A stretch of 64,000 nucleotides of DNA, taken from the human T2T-CHM13v2.0 reference genome, Homo sapiens. The notes under the pieces are model-generated. The model was not told the DNA's origin, made no database searches, and saw only the letters and a list, made by a program, of their open reading frames with translations. Below are positions 28,762 to 44,440 of this stretch, one piece after another. The stretch is from NCBI RefSeq assembly GCF_009914755.1, contig NC_060938.1; one strand, given 5' to 3'. Numbering within the stretch: the stretch's first letter is position 1; every line of letters starts with the position of its first letter. The translations under genes and the position numbers were made by a program.

Positions 28762-29476
28762 ATAATGTTGATTCCCTTTCTTTTCCTTTTTGGAAAAAAA
28801 AATTGGGCAGTCCCCATACCAGAATAGGTTCAGAGAGACTCCTCCTCTTTCTATTTTCCTCTTCTCTTTTGGTCTTTTGTTTTGGTTGGAAGTAAGAGAA
28901 CAAAGCCACGTACAATACATTGTATAGGGTAAGAGTCTATGCATATATAGAGAAACTAAAGGAGATGCATGGAAGGCTCTGAGACACAACCCAGTGACTC
29001 TCCTGGAATGCAGATTTGCCAGCTGGGACAATGACTTCTACTTTGTTCTTTATGTTTCTGTGTGTTTATATTTTCACAAGAATGGGTTGCCTTTATAAGA
29101 AAGCATGCCTTTAATTCCTTTTAACTTAAACAAATGGAAAGACTCTATTCAAATACATGACAGTTTCTTTCAGGGTCTCTAAAAAGGTGACTTCCCCGGG
29201 GGTTCTCCTTCACCTTTTTGGCTTTCCTCCAAATGCCCTAACCCTCGGAAGGCGGTCTGATGGAGTGGAAAAGCTTCTGTGATGAAGTCGGACAACATGG
29301 GGCTCAAATCCTAATCTGTTGCTTATTAGCTGTGGGAATTTAGGAAGTTATTTAATCTCTCATTGAGCCCAGGAATAAAACTGGGAACGTACCTACTTTG
29401 GTGTGTTTTGGAGATGGCTGATGTAGTAACAATATACGGTCCAAGCATATAGAAGCTCCTTGAGGAGCAGCAGTTT

Positions 29477-30208
29477 TGTAACTGCCCAATGGGTTCACCT
29501 TGCCCTCTGCCTAGACAGAGCCGATTTATCAAGATGGGGCAATTGCAATGAAGAAAGAGTAATTCACACAGAGCCTGCTGTGCGGGAGACTGGAGTTTTA
29601 TTGTTTCTCAAATCAGTCTCCCCAGGCATTCAGGGATTGGAGTTTTTAAAGATAATTTGGCAGGTAGGGGCTTGGGAAGTGGGGAGTGCTGATTGGTCAG
29701 GTTGGAAGTAGAATCATAGGGGGGTCGAAGTGAGTTTTTCTTGTTGTCGTCTGTTCCTGGGTGGTTTGGCAGAACTGGTTGAGCCAGATTACTGGTCTGG
29801 GTGGTGTCAGCTGATCCATCGAGTGTAGGGTCTGTAAAATATCTCAAGCACCGATCTTAGGTTTTACAATAAGTGATGTTATTCTCAGGAGCAATTTGGA
29901 GAGGTTCAGACTCTAGGAGCCAGAGGCTGCATGACCAGTGAACTGTAATATCTCATCTGTAGCTAATTTGTTAGTCCTGCAAAGACAAACTGGTTCCCAG
30001 GGAAGAAGGAGATCTTTTCAGGAAAGGGCTATTATCAATTTTGTTTCAGAGTCAAAACCATGAACTGAATTCCCTCCCAAAGTTAGTTCGGCCTATGCCC
30101 AGGAATGAACAAGGACAGCTAAAGGTTAGAAGCAAGATGGAGTCGGTTAGGTCTGATTTCTTTCACTGACACAATTGCCTGAGTTATAATTTTGCAAAGG
30201 CAGTTTCA
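29477..30208 (-). mobile_element. LTR8 (A-like) solo LTR, ERV1
   Basis: Minus strand begins TGAAACTGCCTTTGCAAAATTATAAC and ends CCCATTGGGCAGTTACA; TSD gttt/gtct. Confidence 0.85.
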
Positions 30209-30954
30209 GTCTCCTTCCCTGTGTGTTAGTTCAGTCTCCAAGGATATGACCTCCAGCAATGCCGTGCCATAGTCACTGCATGCTGTCATCTCACTCTGCA
30301 GATGAGCAACTGAAACTCAGAGAATTTAAGTGACTTGTTGAGTTGTGCCCGGGAAAACCAGCATTGTTCCTTGTTCTCTGTGTTTACATTATTATAGGTA
30401 TTCTCTACGCATTATGGCCATGCCATATTTTGGCTTTGACCCTGGTGCCTGAAGAGGTCATTAGATCTGTGTTTGTCCTTCACTTGTCCTTGCATTTTGC
30501 ACCAGGCGTGTTTTCTCCAAGTGGAATCTGGAGGCTTCCCTGGGGATGGGATCCCATGACCTGGATTTCAAACCTTATGACATTAGCCTCATTAGCATGG
30601 AAAGACCCTGGGGAATACAGTATTTTTGTCCCTGAAGAACATCTTTCAGATGCAAAAGCAGCACTTCCAGCATCCCTGTGTGGATCCTTTGACTTAATAG
30701 TTCATCATGTTGGTCATTTGGTCACCTAAGGTAGAACTCTTCTGCAACTGGGACTTGTTTTCTACCAGAGAGTTTGGTGATCCTTGAGGATTTGCAATTC
30801 TCCTGAGCTCAGGGCAGTTCTGAAATAGGTCTCCAAGTACAGTTTTTTAAATCCTGATTCCACACTAAGTATGAAAACATGAATTAGTCAACCAAAATCA
30901 TGTTGGTATTTTCGCCCTGCATCTTCAAGCTCAGCATATTAAAACATCACATCA

Positions 30955-31128
30955 GGTGCACACCTGTAATCTCAGCTATGCAGGAGGCTGAGGCAGGAGA
31001 ATTGCTTGAGCCCAGGAGGCAGGGGGGTGCAGTGAGCCAAGATTGTGCCACAGCACTCCATCCTGGTGACAGAGCGAGACTCCGTCTCAAAAAAACCCAA
31101 AAAACCAAAAACCAAAAAAATCAAAACC
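30955..31128 (+). mobile_element. 5'-truncated Alu (right arm)
   Basis: cacctgtaatctcagct...gactccgtctc plus patterned A tail; TSD catcacatcagg. Confidence 0.9.
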
Positions 31129-31469
31129 CATCACATCAGGAAGGGACTACATGCCTGTGAGCCACTGGGTTTCTTAGTCGGATGGATCTCTCAGAGCTCT
31201 GGGATTACAAAGCTTTAATCCGAGGAAGTTACTGAGTAAATATCTTCATTTCACAATTTATATTTTTTCATACTTTGTTTCAACTTCTTTCCTCTTTCAC
31301 TTAAATTTGGCATTAGTAAGGACCCTAGCAGAAGGCCAGTTTGTAATTTTGATCACTTGTCTGCCACACTGTGCAGTAAGTCTAATTAGTAAATCTCTTG
31401 CATATCAATATTTCCTGATACATTTTCCCAAGGAGGCTAGAGTACTACCTTTGATTTTATGATTTATGT

Positions 31470-31783
31470 CAGCCGTTCCCAATCTTTTTGGTACCAGGAA
31501 TCGGTTTCAAAAAAGACAATTTCCACGGATGGAGGTTGGGGTGATGGCTTTCGGATGAAACTGTTCCACCTCAGATCATCCTTAGATTCTCATAAGTGTG
31601 CAACCTAGATCATTTGCATGTGCAGTTCACAATAGTGTTTGCACTCCTATGGGAATCTAATGCCACAGCTGATCTAACAGGAGGGCACTGATCTCACTCA
31701 CTGCTCCCCTCCTGCTCTGCAGCCCGGTTCCTAACAGGCCAAGGACCGGTACTGGTCTGCAGCCTGGGGATTGGAGACCCCTG
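31470..31783 (+). mobile_element. MER1B-like hAT-Charlie DNA transposon (MITE)
   Basis: CAG...CCCCTG termini, ttttggtaccagg and aaactgttccacctcagatcatc cores, 8-bp TSD atttatgt/atttatat. Confidence 0.85.
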
Positions 31784-32909
31784 ATTTATATGAACCTTTG
31801 AAATCTCCATTTCCCCTTAGGTTCATGGATTAGTCTCATCCAAAAATGGTCTGTAAAACATTACAGCAAATTTCGTATGCTTAGCATGTGTGTGTGTACA
31901 CATACACATGCAGGAGTTTAGCACTTCACATTTAAATGCCTTGGATATCACATCTATCCTGCCTTCGTAGCTAGGGAAAATGAGCCTGCTTCTCAGTAGG
32001 GGCTGTAGCGAACTGTGCAATGGAAGAAAAATAGCAGTGACATATTGTTCTTTCAAATTCCTTATGTCTGGTTTGAATGCCAATAAGCTTAACAAGCGAC
32101 AACAGCCAACTCCAGAATTCCCCTGTTTCCTAGGCCCAGCCAACAGTTGACTTTGCACCTTCCTTGACTGCTAACAATTGGAGGAATGCAAATATCAAAC
32201 ATTTGCACTGAGCAGTGTCTGCAAGACTGGGCCATTTTAAGTGACAGTCTCCCTGACAGAGACTATAAACTGACCCTAAAGAAGAAATGACTGGTACCCA
32301 CTATCAGAGCATGAGCATCTTTTTGGAAATGTTCCAGAAGCCATATACCAGGCCACAGATGGCTGCATAGAAACTTCCAGAAGGAAGGCTAAGTTGAGTG
32401 TGAGAGACATCACTAATGCTTGCCAATATCTGATTCTCTTTTTCCTCTGGGCATATAGAAGGCAACAATTTCCAGCCAAGTTGCAGGTGGATGGGTCTGT
32501 GTTCTGGCCAAAAATAATGCTAGAATAAATGCTACCTATCACATCTGGACTGAAGAAGGGAAAGGCCTCTGAGTGATTCTCCAGTCTGTCTTTGCTCACT
32601 ATGGTCAAGATGAGGGCTCATGCTGAGATGGGAAGCTATGAGAATGGACACCTTGATCACTGCATCCATTCAGACATGATGCCTTGAAAAACAGTTGGTC
32701 TGAGAGTTGTTGATACCCATACCCAATCTGCATGAGAGAGAGATTTTATCCTGAAGCCACTAAGATTGTTGGAGTTGTATGCTACTGAATCATAACCTAA
32801 TCCTTCCTGACTAATACAATAAGACGTTTGTATTTTGCTGATGCCACCTCATGTTACAGCTTGCTCACAACCATAACCATAGAATTCCTGTTATAAAAAG
32901 TGTCTTTTC

Positions 32910-33119
<210 letters not shown>

Positions 33120-33526
33120 TTAGTTAAAATAATAAATCTCTTATTTGCCTTGAAGTGATTGAGGTTATTACTTTGGTTTTTAGCAAGCCAAAAATAGGAA
33201 TAACGATTCCATGTGGTTGATATAAGATTAGATCCTAGCTTAGTCCATTTATGGATGTAAGAATTCAAATTTTTCATTTTTAGATTAAACTTCTAAAATT
33301 ATTGTAACTGCATATGAGATGGTTCTACTTTCCTGTGTACTGGCTTATTAAGTAATTTACTTTTAAAAAATCTCAGGCACATCATAGTTGAGATTAAGTG
33401 GACTCTGTGAAAGTCACATAGAATGTATTTTAACAATTCCCCAGGTGAGTCTGATTGCCGTGCATCTGGACCATGAACAAATGTTTGGAAACAAATAATC
33501 TAAGCAGTGTGAGTGGCTGGCTCAAA

Positions 33527-33861
<335 letters not shown>

Positions 33862-35199
33862 TGAATAATTCCTGATTTATCCTCCAGTTCTGTTGATCTT
33901 ATATCTCTGTTCTGTCAACTATTTCTTCCTTCTTTCTTTCTTATTTTCATGAAAAATGTCACTGATGTTTAACAGCTAACCCCTTATATACTTCCTATGT
34001 ACATGTTGCGTTATGCTAGTCACGGGCCCAAGTTGATTCTTAAATAACCCTGTTAGATAGGTAGTTTATAGTTCTTTATCAGTTTTCTCAATTGTTTTAC
34101 AAGTACTGAGTAAGGGGCTACAAACCAACATCCACAACTAGACATCTTCTTGTGAGCTGGCCTCATTTCAGTAGGGATAACCCTTGACTGAATCTGCCTG
34201 CAGGTTGCAGTCTGGGCTGAAGTGATCAAGCAACTCAGATGTGCACAGAAAACACAGCGTGGCTGGAACTGTGTTACACTGAGTGATAAATAACTAAAAT
34301 GACTCAATGTCAATCAGCAAAATATATGTCTCAAACTCAAGTGAGGCTTGAAGAGTATTGCAATGTCTGGAATCCGTTGGCCAAGGATCCTAATCAAAGA
34401 CTGGGTAGCAGTTGTGATGGAGGAAAAAGTAAACAGTGGTTGACTCCAATCCCTGCCCTGAGACTTGGCCGGAACTTCAAGGATCCCAACTCCTCATCTG
34501 ACCTTCCTTCCTTTCTTTCCCCTGACAGTGTTCCAGTTGATGGGTACATTGTCCCCAGAAGTCATTAATCCCCTAGAATAGCATTTGTGCTTCTCTTTCC
34601 TCTGCTTCAGTCTGTAGCAACACCTCTTTAGCATCCTCTTCTGCTCAGACTCCATGCTAACTCCTCTATAATTCCTCATCTAGAACTAATCATGCTGGTT
34701 TCTGAAATCCCAGAGTAATTTCATTCTATGTTATTTTACATGTAAACTGAGTTCAGGGACAAGATGTGGTACCACTCCCCTGGCATATTACCAACTTTAG
34801 CCCCACCTCTTCCTGGTCACTATTACTTGAGTTTGCACTCAGGGATCACTGTGTGCCCACGCTCTGGATGCCCAGTGGTGAGACTGGTCCCCTAAATAGC
34901 TAAGCAGGCTCACTTTCCCTGTGGGGGAACTTCAGCTGAGCCATGTTGAAGACCTTGAGGAGGGAACAATGGTCAGGAGAGGTCAGAGATTGAATTGCTC
35001 AAGACTTTCCTGCTGCCTCTTGCTTGTTTCAACTTGTGACTGCACTGAGCTCTCAAACCCCACCTCCCATCATCCCATGAAAAGAACAGTGGGCTCACTT
35101 GTCTCATATCAGAAATTACATTATCAGTACATACGGGGAAAAGGTAAATTTTGGAACTTGTTTAACAACTTTTGTGCATCTTAGGGCACCTCCCACATG

Positions 35200-36370
35200 G
35201 TCTGGCAGAAATAAACTGTGTTTGTTAGCAGAGGAAGATGCTTAAGTAGAGATGAAGTAATTGATGGTTCGTGAGTAGGAGGGATTGCTGTTAAGCCTGG
35301 TCTTAGGAGGTGGAGGAGGTAGATCTAGTGCTTAAGTGGATTGGCCTTGGCCGACTGCATAGACACTTCACCCAAATACAGAAGAGAAAGAAGAACATGA
35401 GAGCATATTTTCAGGAATGTAGAAAATGTTGAGCTGGAAGCATGTTCTCTTTTGACTGCTTTAATTTTCTCAGTGCAGCAAGGATGTCATTGGCTTAGAA
35501 TAAGAATGGAGAAGGAGGTTTTGGAAATCTGAGGAAAGAGAGGAAATCATGAAATAGTCACCTAGGAGAGTGGGAAAGAATGAATTAGAGAATTTATTAG
35601 AATGGATTATTGCAGAGAATGGATTCAAGAAATACAGTATGATTGCTAGGTAGCATTAGGAGTCCTTGGTGATTGTGGTGATTGTACAGTGATAGCGTGA
35701 CCAGTCACAGTGGATGTGCTGCCCTCCCATGTCTTTCAGCTGTACAGAAGCACACATGGAGTATACGCACAGGAGGATTTAATCAGGCTTTGGTTTTGCT
35801 AGTATGATAAGGGAAAGAAGAGCATGGTAGTTGACTGATTATAATGCTGGGTCACACAGCATTGGCAATTACAAGATCAAGGCTGTGATCATGGGAGTGA
35901 GTGTCTTAGTTTGAGTGAAGGGAAACATTATGAGAGGACAGGGGGAGATACAGGAATGAGAAAGTCCTGTTTTTGTGAATATTGACATTGCCGAGAGTTA
36001 AGAAAGGAGAAAGGTTGGAGAGCATGACAATGAGCCAGTGGCAAAAAATCTTCAAGGAAGAGAAACCAATAAATAATATAAATGTTAAGTTGCATTATAG
36101 AGGAAATTAGTAAGAGGCAGAGATAGAAGATAAGGATGTATACGGGAGCCTGCTTTAGGTAGGGTGGTTAGGGAAATTATCTGTGAAGAGATGAACTAAA
36201 GTTGATACCTACAGAATGAAAACGGAGGATGTAAACATGCCAGGCAGAGGAAACAACTGCATATGCAAAGGCCCTGAGGCAAGAAGGAGCTTATTCCAGG
36301 ACTTACAGAAAGATTCTTGTGGCTGGAACATAATGACATGTGGGAAAATAGTGGGAGATATTTGTTAGAT
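35200..36370. mobile_element. Degenerate L2-like region
   Basis: Purine-rich L2-like phrases (atgcaaaggccctgaggcaagaa; gggtggttagggaa). Confidence 0.45.
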
Positions 36371-36884
36371 AGAGGTGTCTGCCTAACTAAGAGACAGAGC
36401 AAGAATCTCTAGAGGACAGTGGATTTATTCAGGAATGGGCCCTGCATTGGGAACAAGCAGGCTGCAGTAAACTATGTGCGTGTTCCAGGAGGTAAAGGAA
36501 GACAAAGGGGTTTGCAGGAAAAATGAAGAGAATTACATAACTGTTTTGACATAATTATCCTTGGTTACAAGGATCAGAAACAAGGGTGGTGCCACTCTGA
36601 GGGTGGATAGGCATTTGCTGGGTAGATGTCGCCACAAGAGTATCCTTTTGTGTAAGGTTGTGATGGCCTTTGTGCAAGGTTGTGGTTTTTGCCATCTTTT
36701 GTGATAGTCCTTGTTATCGGGCATATGTTTACAAGAACGCTTTCTTCATGGCCTTCTCTGGCTCCATTTGTCAGGGATTTAACACAAGTGACTCCATTTT
36801 GATTCTGACAACTTCTATACTTCCCCTTTTGTTCAAGATCTTTCTTCCAAAGCACTGCTGATCAGTCATTCTATAGTTAGGTTT

Positions 36885-37233
<349 letters not shown>

Positions 37234-40200
37234 TGACCTGCAAATCACATGCAGCAAGCTCTAACAACAGTTGAACCTCTGGAATATGAATCTGAGAAGT
37301 TTCAACAGGAAAACTCTACCTTGCAAAATGAAATTACCAGTGTAGCTGAAGAAGATAGTATTTCTAACTTGAAACCAGGGAAATTAAATGAAGACTAAAA
37401 CAGAAAAAGCTGCAATTTAGAAGCTGTCTGAAAATTTAAAGAAACAGGTTTCAGAAATAAAATTAAAAACTCTTGCAAGTTTTGTAAAGAGCAAATCAAT
37501 ACTTCAAGAAAACTGTTGTTCTAATATAGGGGAATCAAATTTTATTCAGCACATAGAAAATACTTTTCATGAATTCATTTTTCATAAACCTTTTACAACT
37601 TACTCAGACCTTTCATTATATACTTAGACCTTTGTTTCTTCCTTTCTTAAACAGTCATGTTACTTTAGGACAAAAATGTACTTTCCTTTTTATTATTATT
37701 TGAAAAATAATTTTTTTAAACTTCCTTACCAAAAATACATATGTATGACTTATAACTTCCTTCACATCTTTCTTTCCTACTTACTGCTTTTTTCTATCTT
37801 GTCTTTCTTTTCCAAATTTATTTTTTTAAAAAACCTTAAATAGCCTCTGAACTTAGACACAATTATTCTTTTTCTCAATAAAGAGTTTATTTTAATGTCT
37901 TTCTTATATTTTCATCATAAATACATCTTTTAGTACACTCGTTATACAGAATTATATGTATTAATTAGAATTGTTAACTCTCAGTAGCCTAAATTTCTAG
38001 TGAAAATATGAGAAGCAAGAAATTTTTAACTGTGATGTATCAGTATTTTACAGATAAGAACCATTTTATAATTTTAGAAACATGTTTCCCCATAACATAA
38101 TTTTTATGTGTACTAAAAGACCCAAATATATTTTAGTCTTTATATAAAATTTAAGAAGCCAAGAACAAACTTACATTGATGTTCACTAATTTATGTTTCA
38201 GTATTTTATTTTATTTGGAAATGACCTGAACATCTGATAAGTATCTATTGCTTAATTAAATATAATATAACTTCAAGATTTTAAATTACATAAAAAGTTC
38301 ATTTATAATCATTTATTCCATTTACATTCACCTTTTTCATTTATTTATTTATTTAACAATTATACCTAGATTACTTTTAAAAACTAAACTATTAGACAAA
38401 GTTAGTCAGCATTTCAAGTTATTTCCTTAATAACAATTTTTATAACTTGTGAATATCAGATATTCACCTACATAAGAACCCTAAATACTTGGGTATTTGC
38501 CAATAACTCAGAAGATACAGCTGTTTTTATTAAACAAACAATATTAAATTAGTCTACTTATCAAAGAGTTTCACAAAGATCATTTTGATTTTAGGCTGAG
38601 TTTATAGTTTTATGACTTTAAAGCATCTAGCAAAGACAAATATAATCTTGTCTGACCAGTAAACTCAGGCAAGAAACTATGCTGAAAACTATGAATACAT
38701 GTTTATTTTATCAACAAATTTAAACACAGCTTATTTATTAAATATTTACTTAAGTCACATGAACTGAAAGACATTTGAGTTAATTACCATATTTTAACAA
38801 TTTATATAAGCACTCACTTATCTAAGCCAATATGCATAGAATTCCTTAAGGGATTTCAAGCTGACTATGCCAGATTCCTATATGTAGATACAACACACAA
38901 CATAATACACGAATATACATGTAAAAACACTTAACCTCCCCCCACACAAAGAACTTGTAGCTTTCATTTTAGAATTTTAGTCATGAGACAGCAAAACTGA
39001 TTGATACAAACTCATTGGTTTATGAAACACAGTTGGATCCAAATTATATTTCTGACAAAACGGGACCTATTCACATGGCTGTTTGCCCAGATTGGTAATC
39101 TAATGAAGGCGTACCAAAATTGTGAATAAAGTCATTTGGTAAAAACAAATCTCTTTAACTCTTTTTTAAACAGTAGTTTTACATGAGTCTAGGAGTTAAA
39201 TGTTTACATTTTAGCTATGGCTGCTGAATTGTGTAGAAAATCCCAAAATCTCCAAGCAACCTTGAATTTTAGTAACAAATTTATCTTTTATTTGTTGGCC
39301 TGGTTTGCTTGACTAGTCAATGTGGGAGGGGAAGCATTTCAGAAAAAGCTATTTGCAGGGTGTTTTTTTCCTGGCTTTTTCTGGTGCATGCATGGCAGAC
39401 AAAGCAATTTTTATGCCTTATATTATTGAGATACCTTATATTATTGCTCTGAGCTCAAGATCTTTACCAATTTGATTGGAGAGCTTGACATTTATAAATA
39501 TTTATCTAGTTTTTTCCTTTGAGAATATCAGTCCATCAATTAACTGTTCCATCACCCAAAGATTGTTAGCCAGGCAAATCTAAATTTACATTTCTAAAAG
39601 GGATGACTCAGGAGTCTAGGCTGTTGGTTACCATGGAACCACTGTAATTTGTAAAGTCATTAATTTAAAAGCCCTTTAAGAGTTTTTAGAAAATGTTGGC
39701 TGGGATGTCATAAGCAGTGAGTTTAGCACTAGCAAAAAAAAAGTCAGAAAATTAAAAATAGGCAGAAAAAAGAGATAGAGATAGACAACTTAGAAGACTC
39801 TAAATGTTAACTCTATAGTTGGCTGCTGTTTCTATTTAGTTTTAAGAAAAGCAGGCTTGGGGAGTTGAAATGATTCCCTTTAATGGCCATATATTATTTT
39901 TGGTGTAATTTTTCCAATAATTAAAAAATGTACATGAGAATGGACCATAAATTTTGAATATGTAGCCAGCTGGAGTCTCAGAAATTTTGGCATACTTTAG
40001 AATTTTGAGAATCCCATTTTATCTGTTATTCATCTCTTGAGAGCAAAGAAAATCATACGAATCCTATTAGGGAATGTCATGAATTTGAACCAGTGTTTTA
40101 AATGGTGGCAATTGCTCTAATGGCTTTTAATTAGCTATCCTGCTCACATCATTTAGAATGTTTATTATTTTGCTCTCAGAAGGTCTTCAGAAATAAGAGG

Positions 40201-40790
40201 AGAAAAAGTAACAGAACCAAATCATTTACAGATGTGTGTAACCAAAACAAAATGAAGCAAAAATAAGGGTGCCCACAAAAATTTTAAGCCAGGCATCCAG
40301 AACAAACAAAATATTAAATTAGGCTCATAGAAAAAAACCAAAAGTGAATTCGCCAGAAAAAGATATGCCTCAGAGCTAGAATGCAGATTCTGTAGAAGCC
40401 AGAGTACTCTCCAAAAGGACACTTACGAGCAAGGGCTTGTCAAAACAGACTTGTATAGTCCCAAGACAAATGCGAGGTCCTTCACTGAAGGCAGCCTTAT
40501 AACCAGATCAGATCCTGCATAAAACAGAAAAGAACTCACCAAGAGGAGGGAGTCTGAGAATCCAAGATGAGATTCACTGGGCCGAAAAATGTGACTTATG
40601 GAAGAAGAGAGAGCAAGGGGCTCAGTCAGTATCACAGCTGGGCTGCTGATCTGCCCAAGATGAACTGACTTTGATCATGTTTCTGAAACCATTTTGATAA
40701 CCTCAATAACAGACAGAGAGAGGCTGTTTAAAAGAAAATGGTATTTATTTAAAAACAGGCACCAAGATGGGAATATGCATGCCACAGTAA

Positions 40791-41126
<336 letters not shown>

Positions 41127-41270
41127 AACAGAGGCTTTTAAAGGAAAAATGAGGAGGATTACACAACAGTTTTGAGATAATTATCCTTGGCTACAAAGAT
41201 CAATAACAAGGGTGGCACCAGTCTGAGGTTGGACAGGCAGGCAGATGACCTTGCAGAAGTATCTTTTTGT

Positions 41271-41572
<302 letters not shown>

Positions 41573-42733
41573 GTACGTATCTTTTTGTGTAAGGTTGTGA
41601 TGGCCTCTGTGCGAAGTTGCAGTTTTTGCAGAGTCTTCTGTAATAGCTCTCGTTATCAGGTATTCATTGCATGAGAACCCTCCTTTTATTGTCTTCCCTG
41701 GCTCAACTGGTCAGAATTTTTAACACAAGTGACTTCATTTTAATTCTGTGAGCCACAAATACAAATATGGATTTCTTAAACTTGCCAAAAAAGTCTAGCA
41801 AGCATTGGGCCTGCAGAATGCAGAAAATTCACCTTGGAGGTGATAACTTGACGTGGCTCGGACCATTAAGTCTCCAGAAACCTCCTTAGTGAAGTGGCGG
41901 GGCCCCTGATATGCCAAGTATGACCACCACTGATGCTTCTTCTCCTTCTCCTCCTCCTCCTCCTTCTCTTATTATCATACTCAAAAATTATTATGGAAAA
42001 ATGTCAAATAGTTTCATTTTGTCAACTAGATGACCCTGTTCTAAGTTTAAGAATTCCATTTTTTAAACCAATTAATGTCCTAACTTTCACATGGAAAACT
42101 TGTGGAGACTCTGAATTCAATTTTCATTGCTGTCCAGCAACCCAATAAATTAAATTTTGTATTTGATTTTCAGCAATATCAGTCCTGCAACTATTGATAC
42201 GGTTAATTGGAGTTTTTTCTAGGGCTGTTACGGAAATGCTCTATTTCTCGGATTGGGACTTGAACTGAGAGCTAGTGGATCTCAGCTTGTCATTCTCATT
42301 TTGTAAGAGCTCAAGTGCATTCCAAAGAATTCATTCATATCAGGGCTTTTGCACTTGCTTATAGTCCTTACGGCCATAGTGGTTGAGTGAAGCAGAGGCA
42401 TCATTGTAATTCACCACAGGTGAAACTTTGATTAACTATGATGTCACTGTGCACCACAGTACTAACATCCCATTTCTCACTGTCAAGGAGCTCAGCACTC
42501 TCTCAAGCCCAAGGGCACAAACAAGTCAGTCCTAAAGTCCCAGATCTGTCTTCTGGGTCCACTGACCCAGACTGATACCAATTTGTATTAGTCTGGGTCC
42601 AATCAGGAGAAAAACATACACAGTAATTTTAACAGGGAATAGCTAACATAAAAAAATCACTAACTAAAACAGACAATTGGAGTAATGAGACACTGGCTTC
42701 TAAAAAGTAAAGGGAATCCTAAATTTTAAAGGG

Positions 42734-43049
<316 letters not shown>

Positions 43050-43529
43050 TCAGAGAGTGCAGAGAGTGCAGTAATGACTCTCTGAATGACAGAAAAGTCA
43101 GTGTGCTGCTGTGTTGGTAGAAATTTCTGAAAATTTACTCTCCAGAATTTGCCAACAAAGGTTACTGGGGAAAGCCTTGATGGGGAGGTATCTCACTGGA
43201 GGTGGTCTGTTATGAAACCATGCAAGGTGGGTGCCAGAGGAAACAGTGGCCCCTGTGCACTGCAGGATGGGGGTACCAGGATGGGGATATCAGGAAACAA
43301 CCTGGACTTCTGGAGCTGGGGCTGAGCAAGCTGCTGGAGTCTGCCTGGGAGCACACTGGAATGAGGAAGCAAAATCCTTTTCTCCTGCAATGTCTCTCTG
43401 GTTCGTTTACTTGTAAAGCTGTATGTTCTGCCAGCTGGCAAATGAAAAGCTTTTTAAAGGACACAGATCTGTTTTCTCAGAGCAAGCAATGAAGGGTAAT
43501 TTGGAGCTGAGAGACAATAAATTGATAGC

Positions 43530-44440
43530 CTGCATAAATGGCAACTCCATTCTTCTAGTGGCTCATGATGAAAATCCTGGGTCATCCTTTATTTCTCTCT
43601 TTCTTTTTCATCCCACACCTGATTGGTCAAAGTCCTATAGACTCTACCTTCAAAATATACCCAGAACCGGCCCCCTTTTCAACATCACCAACAGTACCAC
43701 CCTGGTCCCAGTTACCTTCATTCTTTGCTTGGACTATGACAACAGTGGCTTACTTGTTCATCTTCTTACTTCTGTTTGTGACTCCCTGAAGTCTCTACTC
43801 AACACAGTAGTCAGATCATGTCACTGTCTACTCAAAAATCCTTTAGTAACCCAGAGTAAAGCCAAAATCTTTACAAAGCCTACCTCATTGTTGTAGGTTG
43901 CTGTTGAGTTCATGTTTCAGTCAACCAAACAAATAAGCTGAGAGATCCACATCCAGCTGCTCCCATGCTCCCTGTACCCCATTCTTCTCTGTCCTCATCC
44001 CCTTGTATGCCCCCTGCAACCCATCCCATTCCACTCCAGCTATACTGGTTTCCATGGTATTCCTGAAAGAAGCCTCAGGGACTTTGCTTCTTGCTTTCTC
44101 TGCTTAGAGGGTTATTCCCCTACATATGCATTTGACTGAATTCCTCATTTTCTTCAGAACTTCCCAAAAGTCTTCTCAATGGGACCTTCCCTGGCCATCG
44201 CTCTTGAAATGTAATTTCCGACCCATGATATTCCATAGCCCCCTTCCCTGCTGTATTTTTCTCTCCTTAGTACACACCCCATCTAACCTGCTGTGGATCT
44301 TACTTCCCAAGCACTCTTGAATGCCTGTGTCCTCAACTAAGCTCCATTAGGGCAGGCTTGAGCATGTCTCGTCTACCTTTGGAACATAAGATCCCTCAGA
44401 AAGTGCCTTTTCAGTGAGTGAGAGAATGTACAAATAAATA
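43530..44440. mobile_element. L2 fragment
   Basis: aatggcaactccattctt...ctctaccttcaaaatatacccagaa...ctcaacacag, typical of L2. Confidence 0.7.

Noticed and set aside
41933-42148. Poly-Leu 'signal peptide' ORF
   Set aside because: Arises from a (CTC/CTT)n simple repeat
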